This document shows, in pieces, positions 1 through 14,028 of a stretch of 64,000 bases of DNA (positions are counted from its first letter, which is position 1; each line of letters begins with the position of its first letter). The notes beneath the pieces are model-generated. The model saw only the letters and a program-made list of their open reading frames with translations, did no database searches and was not told where the DNA came from. The position numbers and the translations under genes were made by a program. Source of the DNA: Macrostomum lignano (taxonomy: Eukaryota); the NCBI GenBank assembly GCA_002269645.1, contig NIVC01000312.1, positions 434,001 to 498,000 of the forward strand. The letters are read 5' to 3'.

Positions 1-1064
1 ATGTGACGCCTTTTATGGCATTTGATCGATTAGGTTGGGTAGGTTGTGTTATGAAATGTATCCAGTACACCCTGTGTGAGCGTGTTATATAAGTGCATGC
101 CTGCCTACAGCAGAATTTTAACTTTTATTATGCTTCCACTTCATATTTCCATACTGACGACTATATAATTTTAGCAAAGTGGGTTACTGCAGTACTCAAA
201 TCTCATTATCAATGCTCAAGGAGCATTAGAAGTAGACTTCTAAATGATGTCCAGCAGTTTTATAATTTGTCTCAGTTTTCCTGAATGAATCATAGGCTAA
301 CACGAGCGTAATAGTAACATTAAAGGTTAAATCAAAATTTAGATCGCAATTTCACGCATATAGTGAGGAACATTTTTGCAGCAAGTTAGCTACGTAGGAA
401 CAAAAAATTAAGATCCCATGAGTTCGACTTTTACTCACCGGATTTGTTAAAGTCTGAACAGTTTCAGCGTTATGAGACATTTTCTAAGTTCATAAGAGTA
501 TAACCTGATTTATTATTGGAGCTGAGTTGTATTGCAAATCCAGATTAGAATCTTTTCTCCGATTTAGCCAGAAACCTTTCCTTTTCTTGGTCCTTAACTC
601 GTCAAATTACTTCAGGCCGCGTTACAGGCATTGGTCGAGAGCGAGTTTTGAGCCAATAAAAGCAAATTTGCACACTCACGCATTAGCGCATATAACATTA
701 ATTATGTATTGTTTGCGCAAGCGAGCTGCACAAGTACATGCATTGGCCCGAAATGACGCATTACATGTGTATAGACTTTGGGCACTGAAAAGACGAATTA
801 TTGTAGACAAACTTGTGTAAGCGGCAGAATGTTGGCTAACTTTACTCACAGAGCCAGGAGAGGAAGTTAGCTAGCTAAAAGCTCGCTTCCCTGAGAATAT
901 CTCTGTGTGCTTAGAAACCATGCAGAACCCTGTGAATGTGATGTGTGCGCTTTTGGCGAATGTTTAATTAGATATAGTGATTCGTATTTTGGCTAACTAT
1001 ATAACTACAGCCGTCCAAGTGACTGAAGAACCCTTCTTTGTGCAGTGGTTATTTCGCATATTGA

Positions 1065-1560
1065 AAGCTGATTTCGGGTCTTTCGGTTGACTCTCCTGAG
1101 TATCTTTTAAGCTCTCTCTGAGTGTCTTTTAGGTGTGACTCTTTTAAGTGTTTTCGGTTGACGTTCTTGAGCGCCTTTTAAGGGATTCTTAAGCGTATTT
1201 TAGGGTGACTTTCTAAAGTGTCTCTCTAGAGTGTGGGATTTTGAGCGTCTTTTAAGTGCCTCTCGAGTGTCTTTCGGGTGACTCTCTTAAACGTCTTTTA
1301 AGTGCCTCTCGAGTGTCTTTTGGGTGACTCTCTTGAGTGTATTTTAAGTGCCTCTCGAGTGTCTTTCGGGTGACTCTCTTGAGTGTCTTTTAAGTGCCTC
1401 TCGAGTGTCTATCGGGTGACTCTCTTTTAAGTGACCCTCGAGTGTCTTTCGGGTGACTCTCGAGTGTCTTTCGGGTGACTCTCTTGAGTGTCTTTCGGGC
1501 GACTATCTTGAGTGTCTTTAGGGTGACTCTCTTGAGTGTCTTTTAAGTGACTTTTTTAGG
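1065..1560. repeat. Degenerate tandem repeat built from GAGTGTCTTT / GGGTGACTCTCTT subunits (about 46-bp higher unit)
   Basis: Recurring gggtgactctcttgagtgtcttttaagtgcctctcgagtgtctttc with deletions; edges approximate. Confidence 0.8.
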
Positions 1561-2647
1561 ACTGAGTGCCTTTTAGGTAACTATTTGACAGTTTAAATTA
1601 CGACTATTAAATATAGGGGTTTTGGAGATCGTATTAAGGATACATGTAGCTCCGTAAGCTTCTAAAGTGACAGTTCAAGTGTGTTGCAAAAGATTCTCAT
1701 AGCACTTAAGTGCTCAGATTTTTCGGCTGTTCACACAATCGCGCAAATGAAATATGAAAGTATTTTATTTAAGTGAGGTACAAAATGACAAATAAAACGC
1801 ATTTTCTACATTACACAACAAATTTTATAAGAAAAAGTGATTTCGACTTGCTGTCCTGATTAAGTCAGTGCAAAACGCATTGGATATACGCTGTATAACG
1901 ACTTTATTCAATTACCAAAATGTCAATGATATACATGTTAAAATTGTCTCTGTTAACTGTTAACGAGAAAAAGCTTTAAAAAGTTTTGATAAAGCTGTGC
2001 CTTTGATAAAAAAGTATCACTGCTGTACGAGAGCGTATTGCCGGTTTAAGTGGGACGGGGCCAGGCCTTCAAAGACCGAAAAAGTTTTTCTTCCAAATGA
2101 GAAACTTCCGTTTTGAATTTCCGCGGCTCCCACTAAACACGACAAAACGAGATAATATATTATCACCACAGAAAATAAAACAAAAGTGCGTCAAATAGAA
2201 AAACAGTCGAACTAAAGACACTGCCTACTGTATAGAAGAAATGTAAGAGCATTTGGTTTTCTTAAGCTGCTTAACTTTAAAAGACTAAAAAGGGCAAGAG
2301 AATTTTAAAAAACTTCCATTGTTGTTCAAAACAAAACAAACCCGATTGCCGAAAAAAAATTGCACGAAAAGGAAATGTAATAGCTTAATTAGAAATGTAG
2401 TGAGTATATCTGACAGTATAGGTATAAAAAAGAAATATAGACATCAAGTTTGACATCCGCATAAAAAGCAGTTCAATGCTAATAAATCCTACATATACGA
2501 GTATATATATCGAAAGGCACTGCTTACAAAAAACGCGGGGATCATGGTATCGCCAGCGTGCAAAATTTTCTCAGTATAAAAAAATAAATTGAAACATTCG
2601 AATAACATGGCATACATTTTTCTCTAATTGGTCATAAAAATAGCATG

Positions 2648-4022
2648 CCAATCTGCAAATGTATCTGAAGGTGACATTCTACCATAGACTCAACTTGATG
2701 CTCAACAGCCAATCTGCAAATGTATCTGAAGGTGACATTCCACCATGGACTCAAATTGATGCTCAACAGCCAATCTGCAAATGTATCTGAAGGTGACATT
2801 CCACCATGGACTCAAATTGATGCTCAACAGCCAATCTGCAAATGTATCTGAAGGTGACATTCCACCATGGACTCAAATTGATGCTCAACAGCCAATCTGC
2901 AAATGTATCTGAAGGTGACATTCCACCATGGACTCAAATTGATGCTCAACAGCCAATCTGCAAATGTATCTGAAGGTGACATTCCACCATGGACTCAAAT
3001 TGATGCTCAACAGCCAATCTGCAAATGTATCTGAAGGTGACATTCCACCATGGACTCAAATTGATGCTCAACAGCCAATCTGCAAATGTATCTGAAGGTG
3101 ACATTCCACCATGGACTCAAATTGATGCTCAACAGCCAATCTGGAAATGTATCTGAAGGTGACATTCCACCATGGACTCAAATTGATGCTCAACAGCCAA
3201 TCTGCAAATGTATCTGAAGGTGACATTCCACCATGGACTCAAATTGATGCTCAACAGCCAATCTGCAAATGTATCTAAAGGTGACATTCCACCATGGACT
3301 CAAATTGATGCTCAACAGCCAATCTGCAAATGTATCTGAAGGTGACATTCCACCATGGACTCAAATTGATGCTCAACAGCCAATCTGCAAATGTATCTGA
3401 AGGTGACATTCCACCATGGACTCAAATTGATGCTCAACAGCCAATCTGCAAATGTATCTGAAGGTGACATTCCACCATGGACTCAAATTGATGCTCAACA
3501 GCCAATCTGCAAATGTATCTGAAGGTGACATTCCACCATGGACTCAAATTGATGCTCAACAGCCAATCTGCAAATGTATCTGAAGGTGACATTCCACCAT
3601 GGACTCAAATTGATGCTCAACAGCCAATCTGCAAATGTATCTGAAGGTGACATTCCACCATGGACTCAAATTGATGCTCAACAGCCAATCTGCAAATGTA
3701 TCTGAAGGTGACATTCCACCATGGACTCAAATTGATGCTCAACAGCCAATCTGCAAATGTATCTAAAGGTGACATTCCACCATGGACTCAAATTGATGCT
3801 CAACAGCCAATCTGCAAATGTATTTGAAGGTGACATTCCACCATGGACTCAAATTGATGCTCAACAGCCAATCTGCAAATGTATCTGAAGGTGACATTCC
3901 ACCATGGACTCAAATTGATGCTCAACAGCCAATCTGCAAATGTATCTGAAGGTGACATTCCACCATGGACTCAAATTGATGCTCAACAGCCAATCTGGAA
4001 AGGTATCTGAAGGTGAAATTCT
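2648..4022. repeat. 61-bp tandem satellite, about 22 copies
   Basis: Unit ccaatctgcaaatgtatctgaaggtgacattccaccatggactcaaattgatgctcaacag; pattern shifts 1 nt per 60-nt line; few substitutions. Confidence 0.97.
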
Positions 4023-4236
4023 ACAGAAACAACAAAAAGTTGAATAAGTGTGTGTAAAATTTGATCTTTTACCACAAACAATTTTTTCTACAAAATCCGT
4101 GAGTGAAAAAATGTGTTTATGTTCACCAAACTGACATAGCAAATTTATGTAGTTAGGGTAAGCTCAAACAAAGGCGTATTTGTCCACAAAGCAATGAACG
4201 CGCATCTTCAACAAGATCATCATTGAGTCATCAATC

Positions 4237-6378
<2,142 letters not shown>

Positions 6379-7919
6379 TTTGCTAGCTGGTTAATATTTC
6401 CTTCTGAAAGCAAGTAAAATGAATAAAGAAATAATTTTTTAACTAGACTCCTGACCTCATATGTGTAGATAGTAGTATGTACTCAAAAGTATGTACTCAA
6501 AAACACAGAGTGCATACAATGGCTCTTAGCATAACACACCAATCAACATAGAAATATATGCTAATGGCAATGAAAATGATAATTTATATATTATTAGCTA
6601 AGGTTAAATTTATCTTATTCTGCAATTTTTACTGCCAAAAAATCTGTTTAAATTATTACCAAAAATGTTTAAAAAATCATTAGACTCCATATAAAATTAT
6701 GTTTAACATCCCAAGTAAAATGCTATAAGAGTAAACAAATACTTTCTACATTAAATAGATTATATTTTATATTATATTTTAAGGTATTATAAGTTTTAGT
6801 ATAAACTTATGCCAATAAATAATATCACTAGCTACTCAGCTATGTTTTGAGTTCTTGGTCCTGCAAAATAGTATTTATATTTTTTCACAAACTCAATCTG
6901 ATCCCTAAATTAAATGAAAATAACAAATGGTAGAAAAATGATGTTTTAGTTAAAAGTAGGCCTAGTATACTTAACATCACCAAAAAACTAGTTCTAAAGT
7001 TTACAAATATAATAGACATAAAAAATCTAGTAGCTACTAAATTTTTTTAAAATTTGTGTTTTGCAGAAAAAAGTGTGTTTTGTTTAAAGAAATTCAGTTT
7101 TTAAATAATCTGATTAATAGTATATAATTATCTTTATAGTTACAAGCTTTGCTCATACATAAGTTACACAAATGCTTGGAATAAAATAAAAAGTTTCAAC
7201 CTGGCAAGCAGTAGAAAAATGTTAAAGTTTCTTACACTATTTTGGGAAATTTGGGGTAATTGATTAAAAATAAAAAAACTATGCTATAACTAAACCTGAA
7301 TGAAAGGGCAACCCATAAATATAACTAGGCACATAGCCAGGATTTACATCAGGGCGTCGATATATTAAACAGTTAGGGAAGGAAGCAAAATACAAAAGTA
7401 GTAAAAATTGTCTGCCCTACAGAGGGGGGAGTCAGTCAGTCAGTCAGTCAGTCAGGCATGCCCCTGGTGTCCTCCCTCTTGGCTATGGCTATGCTATGCC
7501 CCTGCACATAACTATTTATTAATAATAAATTGTATATTTTGCCTGTATATTTAAATTTTATAATACATAATATAATAGTAGTAAGATATATTTTACATTT
7601 AAGAAAACGAAGAAAAGGAGGTTAGGCTTTCATTATCGAGTTTGCTTCTCTGATATATCACGTATAACAGCCCAGCCCAGCGAATACAATCAATTCGTAG
7701 AAAGCTTATATTATAGCGATAAGTACTCATTGTTTAAATTTTTATTTTCACAAACAACGGTAAGCATTTTATCAAAATTCCCTTTCTAAATCATATATAC
7801 TGAATAACTGTGAAACGAAAAAGGAAACTATGCTATATTGATTTAAAAATGTTAAAGGTGAAATAAGCGTGTACAGTGAAAATATGAGGTGATGCACAAA
7901 TGTATGGTCGTATTAACTT

Positions 7920-9939
7920 TTAATCACTTCACTACTACTGACCTACGAGTATTATAACTAGCATTAAACAAATGCAAAATTTAACTGCAAGGTTCCAAAC
8001 AAAACAAGGACATGAAAATAAATGTGTAACAAAGCTATATAGGTTCAAGTTAGGAGACGCCAATGCAGGATCGCTCGTGGGACTTCAATGTGTCTCGTGC
8101 CAGATCCTGAAGCATGGATCTGGACAGAGACCAGGATTTCCGGGACATTGGCTGCAGCAAAATACTGTCTTTTTAGCTGTCTTCTTAGCTGGAACGTCAT
8201 GCAGGTTTCAAAGAGCACATTCGGCATCGTTTGCTTGGGCGAGCCGGGCTTCCGTTGCTGGGAGTCTCATTGGTGAATGAATTGGACGGATAGCCTGCAT
8301 CAGGCCTGGAACCTGAGTCGGTGGCCGAGCGCGTCCGGGTCCTGAGTCGCGGATCAGCGTCTTGATACTATTTTCTAGGAAAGTCAAAAAAAAATTTCTG
8401 TCCCATCACATTTCTTGTACAGCGTCCAAGAGTTTCGTACAAGCGTGAGAATCAGGTGAAACGCGACTTTCTGGAACCATTTGTAGGACTTACAATTTGG
8501 ATGGTAGAGATGCACGGACGCATCAAGTCGATCAACACCGCCCATGTTGCGATTGTACTGGATGACAGCTGTTGGCTTCGGAATTTGTTCAACTTGACCA
8601 CCGCGACGAACTCTGCGAAAATCAGTGCAAGCGGCAGGCATGCTTGTGTCCAGAAGGTAGACAACCTTTGTTCCCGAGGTTCCTTTTATGTCTGCTAGCT
8701 TGATAGCGAGTGTCTGATTGCACCTCATGAAGCCTTGACCCGGAGCAACCACTAGTTTTTCTTCCAATTCTCTCGGGATTCCACGATCCTTTCGAACAGT
8801 TCCGGTGAGCACGGTCTTTTTGTCAAACAAGTAGATAGCCAATCTGTGTGACGTAAACCAACTGTCCGTGTATGGTATCCTTCATCCAGTAGTTCGCGGC
8901 TAAGCTCAACAACGACTCGTTCGCTTCGGAGACCGGTACCGAAGGTTGCGTGTTCGGCCTCAACAGAATGCAGCAGGAAATTCCACAGGTATCCCGTCAT
9001 GGACTCAGTCAGACAATACAGTTTGATGTCGTACTTTGCCTTCTTGCTTGGAATATACTGCTTCAGCAGAGGTCTCCCCTTGTATAGACTCAGGGTCTCA
9101 TCGATGGCGACATCCTGCTCTGGTCGATAGGTTTCGCGACAAATTCGGCTAATCAAGTCCAGAAAAGGCCTTACTTTGCACAGTGGGTCGTTGATATTGA
9201 ACTCTCGACAGTCGTAGCACCGGAAGTAGGCCAGTAGCTGAAGAAATCGCCAACGGGGAAGGCTCTCGGCTTGCTGAAAGTATGGATTCGGATACATGAC
9301 GTCTGTGGACCAGTAGTGGCGTAGGGTCGGCTTGCTGTTGATGCCCATGAAGAGCACCATGCCCAGAAACTTTTTCATCTCGGCCACACAGCATGGTTTA
9401 AGAGCAGACAATCCAGCAGGCAACTCTTCCTCGTCAGTTTCTGCATTCTCCTGCTGGAACTCCCTGACTGCCAACCTCATTCGCTCATTGGTCCATGTGA
9501 CAAGACTAGTCGAAAACCCTCGGAATTCCGGCACCCCGTAGTGGTCAAACGAGTTGTCATTTCCAGGGGCTACTTCAACCTATTCCGCGGTCGCCTCATT
9601 TTGGCTCTGATCAGTTTCTGGATCCATGCTTTCCGACTCCGTTTCTGACTCAAAAACCGTCGAGTCATCGCTTGATAAAGCGTCTTCCGAATCGGAATCG
9701 AGTCCCAGTCTGCGCAAGGCGTCACTTTTAGCTGTCCTTTTCGGGCGCGTAGAAGCCATTTGTGGGTAGAAAGGTTTGAACAGGAGCTAGCAGAAAAACT
9801 CTGTGGTATACTTTACTTCTGGGGTTTTAGGGTGTGCACTCAATTCAGCAAAAAAGACAAATTTGTCTATGGACTGCTCTGCAGGCCTTTGGACATTTAA
9901 GCGATCTTACAGAACCAAGCTTGGGTGCGAAGTGGTTAA
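7920..9939 (-). mobile_element. piggyBac-family DNA transposon, decayed, about 2.0 kb; boundaries tentative
   Basis: Contains a piggyBac transposase pseudogene; candidate ends TTAA(7920-7923)-TCACTTCAC and GCGAAGTGG-TTAA(9936-9939), an imperfect TIR (7/9 match) with TTAA target sites. Confidence 0.75.
8085..9759 (-). pseudogene. piggyBac (PGBD4-like) transposase pseudogene
   Basis: ATG 9759, acidic N-terminus, in-frame TAG at 9582-9580; DVAIDETLSLYKGR..KQYIPSKKAKY, YNRNMGGVDRLD and KWFQKVAFH motifs; frameshifts near 8870, 8395 and about 8200; C-terminal Cys-rich domain KRCRMC...KKTVFCCSQCPGNPGLCPDPCFRIWH ending TGA at 8087-8085. Confidence 0.92.
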
Positions 9940-10936
9940 GCACATAATTCACATGTGGGGTAATGCACGACATCTTATCTTTTGGACTTCCAATTCAAAT
10001 TGCAGAATCTAAAACAGGTCGCCGAAATGTGTTCTGTAGGATGCTCACACAACCCTCTCGTGAGCATCAATCATATTTATTACACGGATCTAGCAAAAAT
10101 GCATGCATACATTTGATCCATTATCTATGAGCTATACATACATAATCGTTAGACTAGCGTATAGAGTAGTTTTGCGTGCACATGTAAGTTTTTATTCGTT
10201 ATTTTAGCAGCCAAATAAATCGCGGTATCTGATGCCTACAGCTATTTCACATCTGGCCGCGATCTTTTCTTAATGCACTTCTGCCAGTCTTCGCTGCATG
10301 GGTTCTCCGAGTTCCAGACCCGCCGTCGCATCGGTAAAAAGTAGCAAAAGACACAATCCGCGTCTCACGCTAAATAAGCAGGCCACGTAGCTATCAGATT
10401 GGTAGCAAAGACTGACGCAGTTGAAAACTCCAGATTTACTACTTCTTCCAGTCTGCAAGTAGTAGTAGTCTCTGTGGCAGTAATAGCTCTTTTCGTATGT
10501 TACAATTCGGGGAGTTTTTGCCCTTTGACGGTGCCGAATCGAGTCGGCTGGAATGTAAACAAGCGAGAAAAACATTATAGGTCATGCGGTTTGTCATCGC
10601 GATTGGCTCATTAACTCTAGAGAATGATAGCTCGTATATGCAGTGGATGCGAATGTTTTACTGAGTAAGGCTACCATGTATTAGTTGTATTGTTAACACG
10701 ACGCCGATAGAAAAAACATCAAAACGAATTCCGTTAGAAATTTGTATTTATATAGGGTCTCGTTCCTAAAACTTATTCTAAATGCATTTTTTGCCTAAAA
10801 ATTGTTGAAAAATCTGAGCCAAATGGGAGATTATAGCTATAGAGCCCAACATTTTTGAAGTCCCAAAAACAGATCTTTAATTTACATACATGTACATTCT
10901 TGCGAAGTTTTTGATAACAGCGATCCCCAGCAGATT

Positions 10937-11518
10937 CTACAACACCCCAATTTTAACACCCTTATAACAATCAAAGTTTTTTAGAAAGTTGCCTACGACA
11001 CTAACCATTCCACTATCCGCTTTGCGTCGCAGGTGACACAGAAGCCTTCGCCTTTCGCGACACTCGCCGTCTATCAGCCGCCAAAGTCGTTTCGGTCGAG
11101 GCGGCGTCTTTGCAAACTCTTCAATGGCAAAGCATCGGATCACACTGGCATTGCTGCTAGAGCTGAGTTCTGGAGCACCGGCTGTCGCGTTGGGAAGTAG
11201 AAGGGGTTGGTCAGTTGCGACAGTCCAATAGTTTCCACCATACAGAAGATTGCTGGCGCCTAGCCAGAAAGCTTTGCTGGCGACTTCCGTACCTAGGCCG
11301 GCAGATCGTCTGGAAAGCAGCATCTCGCGGATGACGGTTGAATCGGATAGAAGTGTAGCTCCGGGAGCAATTTTTACGCACGATGAATGGGTCGAACAGA
11401 AATCCAACAGCTGATCCACTGCTGGAGAAGTGCAGACAGACAGGATCAGCGGCAGTGGCGTCTCCGCTGCGCGATTCGACGAGCATTTTAAGTGTCTCGT
11501 AAGTACCATAAGCACCAA
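10937..11518 (-). CDS. C-type lectin-like domain exon (gene boundaries unresolved)
   Basis: C...GATL...FWLGASNL...YW...C.A.....W.LIDGEC.ERRRLLC pattern typical of CTLDs; possible donor ATG|GTTAGT at 11006; start not defined. Confidence 0.55.
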   Translation of the reverse strand: MVLMVLTRHLKCSSNRAAETPLPLILSVCTSPAVDQLLDFCSTHSSCVKIAPGATLLSDSTVIREMLLSRRSAGLGTEVASKAFWLGASNLLYGGNYWTVATDQPLLLPNATAGAPELSSSSNASVIRCFAIEEFAKTPPRPKRLWRLIDGECRERRRLLCHLRRKADSGMVSVVGNFLKNFDCYKGVKIGVL

Positions 11519-12361
11519 GTATTCATGTTAAACGGATGCATGGTCTTACAAAGACTATAAAATCACGAACCAAAGTTATACCAGTTATACCGCTCACAAT
11601 CTGTTGGGGGGCTGGTTGCTTCCTGGAGAGTCAACAATCATTTTGCAATAGTCGCTAATGCTATTAGTTTTCGTGGAATCTGTGCTTAATCTGTCGGAGA
11701 CCATCAAAGTGAGTCAAATCAGACAAAGACTTACCAAAATACTTTTAGTATTCCAGATACTATACACAGATAAAAAGTATAGTGTAGGATTTAATAAAAT
11801 CTTTGCTAGATTAAAATCCCACCGGTTAAGCAGTTTTTATAAGTTTTATATTGCAAGAAATTCAATAACATTATTCGGCTTCTCCAACGTAAAACTGAAC
11901 TATTTGGTCTCATCATCAGGCGTGACGCTGCATCCGAACCAATACCAGCCTATTTAGTTTCCCAAAAATACAGCTGCAGCGGGATTCTTTTTTGTCTGTC
12001 CGAATGCGTCTGCAAAACAATGGTGAAATTAAATCCGATGTTTATATTCTCATTTAACGAAAATTAATGGCACGTGATGTTTGGTTGATTTTTTCGGCTT
12101 TACGAAAATTTGCTTTAAGGTGATGCGTAAAGACACCTTATTTTGCCTGTTTTACATTTACTTTCAACTCTATTACCTCGTACATTTACAAAAGGCGTTT
12201 GTGTATTTTTTGATTAACTTAAAGCACCTGTCTTAAAACACTTTGAGTTTAAAAACTACTACTTTTACGGAACCATTCGAAAAAAAGTTAATTACATTAC
12301 ACTGATACGACTATAAACTACAGTATAAGATTATAATCAATCGATGAATGTGATTTCAGCT

Positions 12362-12955
12362 TTAGAAGAAATCATTCTCCAGGGCTTCATCGGCCTCGTC
12401 GACCTCCGATGCAGCTGGTCGACGCCGTCGTTCGTGCCTGCCTGGGCGTCCCAGCTCGGAGCGCTCACGTCCTCTCTTGGCGTCATTTTTCTTTTTGTCC
12501 TTCTGCTTCCTCTCTGGCCACAACTTGCGCCGGGCCTCCTTAGCGTAGGCGTAAAGCGTTTTGCCACGAGTGGGCGAACCGCAGCCTTTGAAATGGACCT
12601 CCAGCTGGTCCTTGTACTTCACTTTGGAAGCGTCGAAATCAGTGGCAATCAGTTGCTTGTCGTTGCGCACGATCATTGAGATGTTGTCAGTTGACTGGTT
12701 AAAGAAAGTGGCCAGGCTGTTGCTAAGGTTGGCAAAGCTGATGTTAAGGGTGTTCAGCTGCAGTGTGCGAAAGTACGGATGTGGCTCGTCCACCTTGCGC
12801 ACAAGCAGATAAAAAGTCCCGTTCGAGCCGCTAGACCAATTGCCCCGTCCGCCGCGGTTGCCGCTTCGCCATCTTTTTCTGCCCCAGGCGTCCGAGCTGC
12901 CGACAAGGCAGACTGCTGCCAGCAGCACAATTAAAAGTGCCAACGAGAATTTCAT
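12362..12955 (-). CDS. Secreted 197-aa protein: signal peptide, cationic N-terminus, ANKRD40/CP2-type C-terminal-like domain, basic then acidic tail
   Basis: Single ORF with clear signal peptide MKFSLALLIVLLAAVCLVGSSDA; GC-rich coding island within AT-rich flanks; domain assignment by eye. Confidence 0.8.
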   Translation of the reverse strand: MKFSLALLIVLLAAVCLVGSSDAWGRKRWRSGNRGGRGNWSSGSNGTFYLLVRKVDEPHPYFRTLQLNTLNISFANLSNSLATFFNQSTDNISMIVRNDKQLIATDFDASKVKYKDQLEVHFKGCGSPTRGKTLYAYAKEARRKLWPERKQKDKKKNDAKRGRERSELGRPGRHERRRRPAASEVDEADEALENDFF

Positions 12956-14028
12956 CTCTGTGTCTTACAGAAAGTCTGCAAATTCGAAGAGTTCCAGAAT
13001 CGCAGTCTTATGATCTCGTCTGACACTCGACCTGCACTCCCTTTTATGCTGATTTTGAGCAACCTAATCTTGGCCGGCTAAGGTTTTCCGCTGGGTTGAA
13101 ACTGGTGATAATTTTTGCACCGGAAAATGAAGAAACTTGTTCTGATTAAACTGGCTATTCTTGTCAGAACCAGTCCAATACCAGCCTAAGTCACTTGTTT
13201 AATGCTTCTTATCACTGAATCTCAGCTCTCTGAAAGCTTTGACAAAGATCCTCGAGTGCTTTGGTCAAAAGAGCACCAATTCCTTTCTTTGCTACAATCA
13301 GTAAGCCTAAAGCAAGAAGCCAAACTGATTAGATAAATTCAGACCCTTTTCTATTTGTAGGAAAAGGTGGGAAGAAATCTCAGTAGAGCCATTTTAGGTC
13401 TAAGTATACGAGTGTGTACAATCCAGGCTGTCTACAATGAGTCATACATGTAATGAACTAAAACTCATCACAAATCAGTGTAGAATTTCTGTTTCCTGTC
13501 TTTACATTCTACCCTATGCAAGGAACATGAATAGACTTCATTAATTCAGTGGTAGGGTCATCAAACTTTGGGCAGGCACACGTGCAAATGCGCATTCATA
13601 AACTCCGGGAATGAATAAATTAGGTGCTGTTGTGTACTAAAGATCATCCAGTTAGAGACAACCTGGCCTCTGGTAGATCTCAATAATGCGTCCTTTGTTT
13701 GCCCACTTCTCTGTTTGTGCTATTAGCTCTGAGTAAATTAGTTATGATCACACTCAGATAGGCTTTTGTCAGCAGAGTTAATGAGCTGCGAGCATCCGAA
13801 GTGGACTGCACTTGCTATGTCTGCTATGTTTGATTTGTAACCGTCCTATTTGTGCAGTTGCTCCGTAATTAATTATCTACAATGAACCATTGTGTTTCAT
13901 TTCGCTGTTGACCATGTCATTCAATTAATTAAGTCACATTTTTAGCAAATAAATGGCGCTGCATCGCTTCGTTGGCCAGAAAAAATCCTGCTCATTGTTT
14001 GCCACAAAATCAGCCAACGTAAGTCGCC

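Noticed and set aside
385-440. tRNA or SINE-like A/B boxes (TAGCTACGTAGG ... GAGTTCGACT)
   Set aside because: No cloverleaf can be folded and no second copy is seen in the window
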